This document shows, piece by piece, positions 9,322 through 15,206 of a stretch of 15,206 nt of DNA. A program made the position numbers and the translations under genes. The DNA is from Halalkalibacterium halodurans (GTDB lineage Bacteria; Bacillota; Bacilli; Bacillales; Bacillaceae_D). Position 1 is the first letter of the stretch. The number at the start of each line of letters is the position of its first letter. The notes beneath the pieces were generated by a model that did not search any database, was not told the DNA's origin, and saw nothing but the letters and a program-made list of their open reading frames with translations. The stretch is taken from contig NZ_SNUY01000080.1 in NCBI RefSeq assembly GCF_004376175.1, positions 1 to 15,206 on the forward strand, written 5' to 3'.

Positions 9322-10604
9322 AAGGGAAATTATCCCGCTTAAAGGCCCATATGGGAGTGGAGACAGGAAGTCAGTCAGAACAGACTGTATCACACTCGAT
9401 AGCTGATCAAAAAGTCCCGTACGAGCAATCATGGAGACAACTACACGCTAAACCTGCTTGGTTTGAAGACGAATATTCCATTATTCGTGAGGTTTCGTAC
9501 GACCTTGATAAAAACCATGGCCGTTACCCACTCCGTCAGGTCGTACACCAAGTAGAGAAATGGCAAGAGCATATTGCAAATCATCCCCTGTCAGCAAAGG
9601 GGATGCATGTAGAGGAGCTTCTTTTTTTTGATACGGAAACGACGGGACTAAGTCACGGTGCTGGGACGACCATTTTTATGTTAGGATATGCCCAAGTAAA
9701 AGGGGAGGAGGTTGTAGTCAAACAACATTTTCTCCCTGGTCCTGAAAGGGAAGTAGCGTTATACCATCATTTTTTGCATGATGTAGGGGATATGAAAAAC
9801 TTAGTCACATTTAATGGTAAAGCGTTCGATTGGCCACAAGTGAAAACGCGGCACACCTTTGTTCGAGACAGAGTGCCTTATTTGCCAAAGTTTGGTCACT
9901 ACGATCTGCTCCATGCCTCTAGACGACTGTGGAAAGAGCTTTTGCCCTCCTGCAAGCTTTCAGTTGTGGAGCAGGAAATCCTTCACTTTCACCGAGAGGA
10001 AGATACGCCTGGCTATTTAGCACCTATGCTTTATTTTGATTTCCTGCAAGACCCCGATCCAGAGCTCGTCAAGGGAGTCTTTCAACATAATGAATGGGAC
10101 GTACTCTCTTTGTTGACTCTCTATGCCCATCTCTCTGCTTCCATTTTGGAAGTGAACAGCGGACAACTATTGGCAAAAGAGCAATTTGAAGTGGCTCGCT
10201 GGTATGAAGCCGTCGGTGAACTCGGCATCAGCCAGTCTTTATATGAGCAGCTTGCTCAAGGTGATCACTCCATTCAAGCTGAAGCGATGCTACGATTAGC
10301 CCATCTTGAAAAAAAGCGCGGACGTTTCGAGCGTGCCCAAGGGTTATATGAGACGCTTATTGAGCGAGATCTTTTTCTCAAAGAGGCCGGTATTGAATTA
10401 GCTAAGATTTATGAGCATCAGCTAAAAGACGTAGAAAAAGCGTTCAACGTGACTAAGAAAGTCTTTATGTCTAGAAAAGAAGTGGCTCGATTGACAAACA
10501 AACATGAGGAGGCCTTTTTAGCAGCAACGGAAAATAGACTGCGAAGACTTGAAGACAAGGTGAGGAAATCTCAAACCTTATTTCCTGGGCAAGCGCAAGA
10601 TTAG
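9312..10604 (+). CDS. mrfB: RNase H-like/DEDD exonuclease with a C-terminal helical-repeat region (YprB/MrfB)
   Basis: It has the exonuclease motif FFDTETTGL, later FNGKAFDWPQ and HNEWDVLSL, and an alpha-helical TPR-like tail. Its ATG at 9312 overlaps the yprA stop within ATGGCATTAA, a 10-nt overlap. Confidence 0.85.
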   Translation: MALKGKLSRLKAHMGVETGSQSEQTVSHSIADQKVPYEQSWRQLHAKPAWFEDEYSIIREVSYDLDKNHGRYPLRQVVHQVEKWQEHIANHPLSAKGMHVEELLFFDTETTGLSHGAGTTIFMLGYAQVKGEEVVVKQHFLPGPEREVALYHHFLHDVGDMKNLVTFNGKAFDWPQVKTRHTFVRDRVPYLPKFGHYDLLHASRRLWKELLPSCKLSVVEQEILHFHREEDTPGYLAPMLYFDFLQDPDPELVKGVFQHNEWDVLSLLTLYAHLSASILEVNSGQLLAKEQFEVARWYEAVGELGISQSLYEQLAQGDHSIQAEAMLRLAHLEKKRGRFERAQGLYETLIERDLFLKEAGIELAKIYEHQLKDVEKAFNVTKKVFMSRKEVARLTNKHEEAFLAATENRLRRLEDKVRKSQTLFPGQAQD

Positions 10605-10661
10605 TCGTGATTCCACAAATTTGACGATTTTGTGACAAAATCTATTCGTAGGGGAAATACC

Positions 10662-10705
10662 AAAAAAAAGTGATTGTCGAACGATAAAAAAATTCGTACA
10701 ATCAC
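10662..10705 (-). terminator. Strong Rho-independent terminator oriented for the minus strand
   Basis: The minus strand reads GTGATTGTaCGAA-(11-nt loop)-TTCGACAATCAC followed by TTTTTTTT. That is a 12-bp stem with one bulged base. In + coordinates the arms are 10670-10681 and 10693-10705, and the T-run appears as A8 at 10662-10669. On the + strand nothing T-rich follows the hairpin. Confidence 0.6.
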
Positions 10706-10736
10706 AGGTGGAGTATAATATTTTAAGTAGGAAAGA

Positions 10737-10835
10737 GTGGTTGCATTGACTCGCGCATTGTTAATTATGTTCTTTGTTCTTATCGGAATGGTGTTGTTTT
10801 TTGCCACTCAATTACATGATAAAGCCATTTTTTAA
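10737..10835 (+). CDS. Candidate small hydrophobic peptide, 32 aa (MVALTRALLIMFFVLIGMVLFFATQLHDKAIF); alternative TTG start at 10746
   Basis: I translated it by hand from GTG 10737 to TAA 10833-10835. It has one TM-length hydrophobic core and a polar, charged tail. The SD is weak (GGAAAGAG). A sigma-A-like promoter lies upstream: TTGTCG 10674-10679, a 17-nt spacer, then TACAAT 10697-10702. Confidence 0.3.
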   Translation: MVALTRALLIMFFVLIGMVLFFATQLHDKAIF

Positions 10836-10901
10836 CAGGTGGCTATGTGTGCGAACGTCCAAAATTAGATGATTCACCTTGAATTAGGTAAACGAACTAG
10901 T

Positions 10902-10929
10902 ACACCAATTTCACGCATTACATAGGTTA
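10902..10929 (+). promoter_or_regulatory. Sigma-K-type promoter candidate for cotD
   Basis: CATAGGTTA (10921-10929) fits the CATA-N3-TA -10 element, and an AC sits at 10902-10903, 17 nt upstream. This fits a late mother-cell coat gene. The match is by eye only. Confidence 0.35.
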
Positions 10930-10963
10930 ATATTGACTCTATTCATAAGGAGGAATTTAACCT

Positions 10964-11293
10964 ATGCATTGTCGACCGAGAAAGCATTGTAAAGTACTAC
11001 CGGCAATCGTCCACCCGACGAAGTGCAATGTGGTTCAACAGACATGTGAATACATTGTTCCTGAAATTCACCCAACTCACACAACTCAAGTAACGAACCA
11101 TGTATACAACCACGTTCATAGCTTCCCTCATACAGTATCTCAGCAACAACAAGTGTACAATCAGCAGTTTTATCAGCCGCCAGGACCACCAACTCCAGTC
11201 GCAGGAGCTATGGCAGGCCCAGGCTTTGGTCCAATGGCAGGCCCAGTCGCAGGTGCCGCTTTTGGCAAAGGAAAAGGGAAGTGTGGTTGCTAA
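10964..11293 (+). CDS. cotD: Spore coat protein CotD family, with a Pro/Gly/Ala/Met-rich C-terminal extension
   Basis: MHCRP...IVHPT.C...IVP.IHP.HTT.V.NH...HVHSFPHT follows the CotD His/Pro pattern. SD AAGGAGG is at 10947-10953. Its position between yprB and ypsA matches B. subtilis. Confidence 0.8.
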   Translation: MHCRPRKHCKVLPAIVHPTKCNVVQQTCEYIVPEIHPTHTTQVTNHVYNHVHSFPHTVSQQQQVYNQQFYQPPGPPTPVAGAMAGPGFGPMAGPVAGAAFGKGKGKCGC

Positions 11294-11303
11294 ATGTAAA
11301 TGT

Positions 11304-11338
11304 AGAAGCGAGCCGATTTTGGTTCGCTTCTCTCTTTA
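11304..11338 (+). terminator. Terminator hairpin after cotD
   Basis: AGAAGCGAGCC (11304-11314) pairs with GGTTCGCTTCT (11321-11331), including one G-U pair, around a 6-nt loop. A weak T-rich tail follows. Confidence 0.5.
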
Positions 11339-11358
11339 TCCATGAGAGGATGAGTCGA

Positions 11359-11928
11359 ATGAAGGTCATTACACTTACTGGCTATAAAGCTCACGAGCTA
11401 GGGATTTTCTCCCATAACCATCGCGGCATTACATATATAAAAAAAGCCTTTGAACAACAGATCCTTGCCTTGATTGAAGAAGGGGTAGAGAGGTTTCTTA
11501 TTAGCGGCCAGCTCGGAGTGGAATTATGGGCAGCCGAAGTCGTCATTAAGTTGAAACAAACTCATCCACACATTCAATTGGCCGTTTTGACTCCGTTTCT
11601 TGAGCAGGAATCCCAGTGGCAAGAGGCTTCTCGTAAAAAATATCATGACATTTTGGAGGCGGCTGACTTTGTGGACAGTATTACGAAGCGACCGTATGAA
11701 GGTCCTGCTCAGCTTCGTCTGAAAAATGAATATTTAGTGCAAAAGTCCGATGGTCTACTCGTTCTTTATGACGAAGACAAACCAGGTTCTCCAAGCTATT
11801 ATTTAGAAGTTGCAAAAAAGCGGCAACAACAGGAGCCATATGATATTCGCTTGATCACACCCCATGATCTTGAATGGATTGCTCAGGAAGATGAAATGAA
11901 TGACTCAGTAGACATCGACAATTTGTAA
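11359..11928 (+). CDS. ypsA: YpsA (DUF1273/SLOG-family protein; cell-division modulator in B. subtilis)
   Basis: MKVITLTGYKAHELGIF...ISGQLGVELWAAEV...LTPF..QE..W closely parallels B. subtilis YpsA. ATG 11359 lies 8 nt after SD GAGAGGA. The track's 11281 start overlaps the cotD end and terminator, so I reject it. Confidence 0.85.
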   Translation: MKVITLTGYKAHELGIFSHNHRGITYIKKAFEQQILALIEEGVERFLISGQLGVELWAAEVVIKLKQTHPHIQLAVLTPFLEQESQWQEASRKKYHDILEAADFVDSITKRPYEGPAQLRLKNEYLVQKSDGLLVLYDEDKPGSPSYYLEVAKKRQQQEPYDIRLITPHDLEWIAQEDEMNDSVDIDNL

Positions 11929-11943
11929 AATATCAAAAGGAAA

Positions 11944-11972
11944 TTGACAATCATAGTAACTTTTGAAAAAAT
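11944..11972 (+). promoter_or_regulatory. Sigma-A-type promoter candidate for gpsB
   Basis: TTGACA (11944-11949) is followed by a 17-nt spacer and then TG-n-AAAAAT (TG at 11964-11965, hexamer at 11967-11972). Confidence 0.4.
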
Positions 11973-12041
11973 AGAAAGAAAATGAACGATTACTGATTTT
12001 AATAGTTCTCCGTCATGCGGATGATGATTGAGGTGATAGAT

Positions 12042-12356
12042 ATGTATAATCAAGAGGTCAAACTAACGACAAAGGAAATTTTGGAAAAAGAATTCAAAAC
12101 GAGCATGCGTGGATATAGTCAAGACGAAGTGGATAAATTTTTAGATGTAGTCATTCAGGACTATGAAGTGTTTCAGAAGAAAATTGAACGGCTTGAGCAG
12201 GAAATTCATCAGCTTAGAACCGAGGCAAAACGTGCAGCAAGTGAACGTCAGACAAGGCATCAAACAAGTCCGAGTGTCGGTAGCACGAACTATGATATCC
12301 TTCAACGTTTATCCAACTTAGAGAAAAAGGTGTTTGGTAACAAGCTTTATGAGTAA
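12042..12356 (+). CDS. gpsB: Cell-cycle protein GpsB (DivIVA-domain)
   Basis: [29 protein letters not shown] and the C-terminal [22 protein letters not shown] match B. subtilis GpsB almost motif for motif. ATG 12042 follows SD GAGGTGA. The track start 12015 is too long. Confidence 0.9.
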   Translation: MYNQEVKLTTKEILEKEFKTSMRGYSQDEVDKFLDVVIQDYEVFQKKIERLEQEIHQLRTEAKRAASERQTRHQTSPSVGSTNYDILQRLSNLEKKVFGNKLYE

Positions 12357-12377
12357 TAAGAAAAGGAGCGATCGTGG

Positions 12378-12785
12378 TTGATCCACGTATTTATAGATGG
12401 AGCAAGTGCAGGAGATCCAGGACCTTCTGGGGCCGGTATATTCATCGATGATAAAAACGGGCGTTTGGAGCATTTGACGATTCCTTTAGGGAGGCTGTCA
12501 AATCACGAAGCGGAGTTTCATGCACTCATTTACGCTCTGCGCTTCTGTCAAGAGCAAGGATGGAATGAACTTTGGGTTCGAACGGATTCCAAGCTGTTAG
12601 AAGAAGCGATTGAAAAGCGATATGTAAGAAATCAACGGTATCGTCTTTTGCTGGAGGAAGCCCTTCTTTTAATTGATCGCTTTAAGCTTTTTTTCATTAA
12701 GTGGGTGCCAAGCAAGGAAAATAAAAAAGCTGATGAATTAGCGAGAACAGCCATTCGATTAAATGACATTAATGACAAAAAATAA
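12378..12785 (+). CDS. RNase HI-like protein (short type 1 RNase H, about 135 aa) with a complete DEDD set
   Basis: The catalytic residues are D7 (FIDGAS), E46 (NHEAEF), D70 (RTDSK) and D119 (NKKADELAR). It starts at TTG 12378, 9 nt after SD AAGGAG (12363-12368), and lies 21 nt downstream of gpsB. Confidence 0.85.
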   Translation: MIHVFIDGASAGDPGPSGAGIFIDDKNGRLEHLTIPLGRLSNHEAEFHALIYALRFCQEQGWNELWVRTDSKLLEEAIEKRYVRNQRYRLLLEEALLLIDRFKLFFIKWVPSKENKKADELARTAIRLNDINDKK

Positions 12786-12787
12786 CA

Positions 12788-12816
12788 TTGAATTGATTCG
12801 TTTTTTTCGTTATAAT
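12788..12816 (+). promoter_or_regulatory. Sigma-A promoter for rnpB
   Basis: TTGAAT (12788-12793) is followed by a 17-nt spacer and then consensus TATAAT (12811-12816). Confidence 0.6.
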
Positions 12817-12825
12817 AGAGATTGT

Positions 12826-13262
12826 CGCTTATAACATCATAACCGTTCAGGTAACCGCTGCATCGCATGCGATGTAGAGGAAAGTCCATGCTCGCACAGG
12901 CTGAGATGCTTGTAGTGTTCGTGCCTAGCGAAGTCATAAGCTAGGGTAGTCTGGTTCTAAGAACTGGGCTAACGGCAAGGTAAGCACCTACGTTCATCAT
13001 GAATATGGTGTGATGCCTTTGAAAGTGCCACAGTGACGTAGTCCGTTTGGAAACAGACGGAGTGGAACGAGGTAAACCCCTCGAGCGAGAAACCCAAAAA
13101 TTGGTAGGGGAACCTTCTTGAAGGAAATGAACGGAGAGAAGGACGGAAGTTTACTTCTGTAGACAGATGGTTACCACCGGAGTACGAGGTTCATCACCGT
13201 TTGTAGTACGAAGGAACAGAACATGGCTTATCGAACGGGAATGAGATGACTAAGATAAGCGG
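12826..13262 (+). ncRNA. rnpB: RNase P RNA, Bacillus type B
   Basis: It is near-identical to the B. subtilis M1-equivalent RNA in its universal cores: GAGGAAAGTCCATGCTCGCAC (from 12877), AGTGCCACAGTGACG, GGTAAACCCC.CGAGCGAGAAACCCAAA and ACAGAACATGGCTTA (13216-13230). The terminal helix pairs CGCTTAT (12826-12832) with ATAAGCG (13255-13261). By homology the mature 5' end could be nearer 12836. Confidence 0.9.
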
Positions 13263-13269
13263 CCATACG

Positions 13270-13300
13270 AAAACTCCTGTCTAGGGGTTTTTTTATTTTT
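13270..13300 (+). terminator. Rho-independent terminator of rnpB
   Basis: AAAACTCCT (13270-13278) pairs with AGGGGTTTT (13283-13291) around a 4-nt loop. A long T-run follows. Confidence 0.65.
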
Positions 13301-13403
13301 ACACTTTAAGGACGTTTAACTTCTCTGGATAATGAAGAAGTCCGTGTCTCTTTACTCACAAAGAAGCTTAAAAGAAGAAATGTTATTGGTTGCCGGGCTT
13401 GAT

Positions 13404-13432
13404 TTGTCATTACTCGCCTCTACCCGTATAAT
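13404..13432 (+). promoter_or_regulatory. Sigma-A promoter candidate for ypsC
   Basis: TTGTCA (13404-13409) is followed by a 17-nt spacer and then TATAAT (13427-13432), 42 nt upstream of ATG 13474. Confidence 0.5.
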
Positions 13433-13473
13433 GGAGACGGGAAAGATGATACATAAGGGAGATAGCTAAATTT

Positions 13474-13700
13474 ATGGAAAAAGTAACGTTGATTGCGACG
13501 GCGACGATGGGATTAGAGGCGCTCGTTGCACGAGAAGTTAAAGATCTTGGGTATGAGGATGTGAAGGTGGAGAACGGAAAGGTTACCTTTACATCCGATG
13601 TAGCTGCTATTCCGCGAGCCAATTTATGGTTGCGGACGGCGGATCGTGTAAAGTTGAAAGTGGGAGAATTTAAAGCACTTACGTTTGATGAGTTATTTGG
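13474..13700 (+). pseudogene. ypsC: 5' fragment (about 75 codons) of ypsC, a THUMP-domain class I SAM-dependent RNA methyltransferase, interrupted by an IS
   Basis: MEKVTLIATATMGLEALVAREVKDLGYEDVKVENGKVTFTSDVAAIPRANLWLRTADRVKLKVGEFKALTFDELF tracks the YpsC/RlmL N-terminus. After ELF (about 13697) the ORF reads unrelated sequence and stops at 13788. Full-length homologues are about 380 aa. Confidence 0.75.
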
Positions 13701-15206
13701 AGCCACAGGACAAATTTCTGTAACCCTTGATATTACTGATTCCATTCAATTTGCTACTATAGATGTGTTCCCATACCTTTTTACGTGATCAAGTTCTTTA
13801 TGTTTTGTCAAACCTCAATTTTAGCGATTTTTGGCCATAATCAGCCATTTCACCATATCGTCATTCTAGTTATTTACAGGATTTTTATGGAAAACGGAAA
13901 CTTTGATCATTCAGGCAAAAAGAAAAGCCATAATGGTGCTCCTTTGGTAGAATAGAAGTATCTAGCAACTATCACGAAAGGAGTTCATTATGACTACCTC
14001 TATCATACCAAAATCTTATTCAAATGTAATCTATCTTCAACCTTCTTTTTCATTTACAGAAGATTCATTTTCTTCTTTACGTCACCTTCCTTATGTTAAA
14101 TTAGGGTTGGAGTTTCCTTGGGAGGAGGTGTTCTCTCCCATTGAACAAGAATTTCTCCAAGCACGGTTTGAATATCATTTTAAAAAACGAACTTCAACGG
14201 ATGCAGCCCCATCTTCAACAGAATTATTTCCAGATATTCCACAGGACTTGAGCACATTGCCTACGAGATCTGCCAAAGGACGAAAAGGAGTGAACTTTTA
14301 TGCTTTATTAAAAGCTTTCCTCTTGGCTCCACTCCTCTATGTGGAAGTAATGGTTTCCAGTGTACACCTTCAAGTTATTGGGAACTCTGACTTCCGGATG
14401 GTCTGTGGTTTTGATACACGACCATCCTTGAAAACATTTGAACGTTTTGATCAGATCATGATTGAAAACGGACTTTGGGAGAAAGCTCGGCAACTTATGG
14501 TGAGCTACAATCTTTTTCACGGTATCGTAGGAAAAGAAGAACAACTCGCTGTAGATACCACCCATGTAGATGCGGAAGCCACTGTCCATAAAATGAAGAA
14601 ATGTAGCCATTCTGAGCCATGTCATTGCCCAAAGATTCCTACGGATGATAACGTAGGCGTGATGAGAAAAAGCAATACCGTCACGTACATTGCACATAAA
14701 ATCTCCTTGGTCTGTGGTGTAGAGTCTGAACTTCCTTTGTCCAGAAGTGTGTTTAAAGGAGACGAACATGATGCAAAAACACTAGAACCCACTTTGGAAA
14801 AGGTAACGGAAGATCTTCCTGAAGAGTTCCTAAAAACAGTGCAATACGTGAGCGCAGATGGGATTTATCAATCAGCGGACAATCAACAACACACAAAATC
14901 CATTCTTAAAGCAAAGCTATTGGCTCCCATAAATCCACGTAAAATTCAAGATAAAGCACTTGAATCTTGTGGCATGACCAAGCTGGATAGGTATGGTGTT
15001 CCTCATTGTATTAGTGGCCATAAGTTACAATTGAAAGGGTTGGATGAAGCAAAAGAACACTATGTTTGGACTTGCCCAGTCTTTGATCCAAAATACAAGC
15101 AAGAAGGACTTTCCTGTTCGAATGAACAGCATATTCAATGCTGTAATGGCGCGAAAACTGGTAGAACGCTTCGTATCCATCAATCGATGACACCACAAAT
15201 TGATAC
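13700..15206 (+). mobile_element. Insertion sequence (left end plus most of the transposase gene); the right end lies beyond the window. IS4/IS5/IS1182-superfamily type
   Basis: ypsC homology is lost abruptly at about 13697-13705. About 290 nt of non-coding leader follows, then a long DDE transposase ORF. The left boundary is inferred from the homology break only. No inverted repeat or target duplication can be verified without the right end. Confidence 0.65.
13990..15206 (+). CDS. DDE transposase (DUF772/InsH-like N-terminal domain plus DDE_Tnp_1-type core), 3'-partial
   Basis: I checked codon by codon: an open frame runs from ATG 13990 to the last base, 405 codons with no stop. It is absent from the supplied track. 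SD AAAGGAG (13977-13983) lies 6 nt upstream, and TGgTAGAAT, an extended -10, is at 13945-13953. Motifs are LLKAFLLAPLLY...IGNSDFRMVCGF, LAVDTTHVDA (first D), TDDNVG..K.....YIAHKISLVC, GDEHDAKTLEPTL and YVSADGIYQS (second D). Confidence 0.8.
   Translation, partial: MTTSIIPKSYSNVIYLQPSFSFTEDSFSSLRHLPYVKLGLEFPWEEVFSPIEQEFLQARFEYHFKKRTSTDAAPSSTELFPDIPQDLSTLPTRSAKGRKGVNFYALLKAFLLAPLLYVEVMVSSVHLQVIGNSDFRMVCGFDTRPSLKTFERFDQIMIENGLWEKARQLMVSYNLFHGIVGKEEQLAVDTTHVDAEATVHKMKKCSHSEPCHCPKIPTDDNVGVMRKSNTVTYIAHKISLVCGVESELPLSRSVFKGDEHDAKTLEPTLEKVTEDLPEEFLKTVQYVSADGIYQSADNQQHTKSILKAKLLAPINPRKIQDKALESCGMTKLDRYGVPHCISGHKLQLKGLDEAKEHYVWTCPVFDPKYKQEGLSCSNEQHIQCCNGAKTGRTLRIHQSMTPQID

Larger units (their letters stand above)
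10662..10857 (-). ncRNA. Candidate cis-antisense RNA (about 195 nt) covering the whole small ORF
   Basis: A minus-strand promoter-like site has -35 TTTACC (+ coordinates 10892-10887), a 17-nt spacer and -10 TCTAAT (10869-10864). The minus-strand terminator ends at 10662. No minus-strand ORF with an SD lies in between. This is a prediction only. Confidence 0.3.

Noticed and set aside
7027-10604. The DUF1998 helicase plus nuclease as a phage-defence system (DISARM/Druantia-like)
   Set aside because: The pair sits in the conserved housekeeping synteny yprA-yprB-cotD-ypsA-gpsB-rnpB-ypsC with no methylase, PLD or other defence partners. It matches the described MrfAB repair pair.
10601-10807. Track ORF 10601..10807(-), 68 aa
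   Set aside because: It reads straight through the minus-strand terminator hairpin and its T8 run, has a GTG start without an SD and gives a low-complexity translation. The minus-strand signal is better explained as a non-coding antisense RNA.
10962-11345. Track ORFs 10962..11192(-) and 11100..11345(+)
   Set aside because: They are antisense and alternative-frame shadows of cotD, which has family motifs and a strong SD. The second runs through the cotD terminator.
12632-13745. Track ORFs 12632..12937(-) and 13410..13745(-)
   Set aside because: The first overlaps the RNase H gene and the 5' part of rnpB. The second is antisense to the ypsC fragment. Neither has independent support.
14308-15196. 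Track ORFs 14308..14769(-) and 15011..15196(-)
   Set aside because: They are antisense shadows of the 405-codon transposase frame, which carries the DDE motifs.

Overview
This is a Bacillaceae-type chromosomal window in which every confidently called gene lies on the + strand. The right two-thirds (7027-13700) is the conserved B. subtilis-like block yprA(mrfA)-yprB(mrfB)-cotD-ypsA-gpsB-[RNase H-like gene]-rnpB-ypsC. The left third is a variable, decaying segment. It holds an ABC ATPase with a damaged N-terminus and no partner permease, a frameshifted CYP152 fatty-acid peroxygenase P450 and a truncated DUF421 gene. It also holds an orphan membrane/coiled-coil protein followed by two convergent, apparently paralogous mini-ORFs that share a palindromic terminator, then dsdA and a PanE-family reductase. 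ypsC is broken after about 75 codons by an insertion sequence. Its transposase ORF (13990 to the window end, 405 codons with no stop) is missing from the supplied ORF track. The most novel-looking signal is in the 360-nt yprB-cotD spacer. A strong minus-strand intrinsic terminator and a minus-strand promoter-like site bracket a 32-codon hydrophobic + strand ORF, and that ORF's own promoter hexamers sit inside the terminator arms. This is a type I toxin-antitoxin-like cis-antisense layout, inferred from sequence only. I saw no CRISPR array, tRNA or rRNA. Product calls rest on motif recognition and remembered homologues, not database searches. RNA and terminator boundaries are good to a few nucleotides at best.
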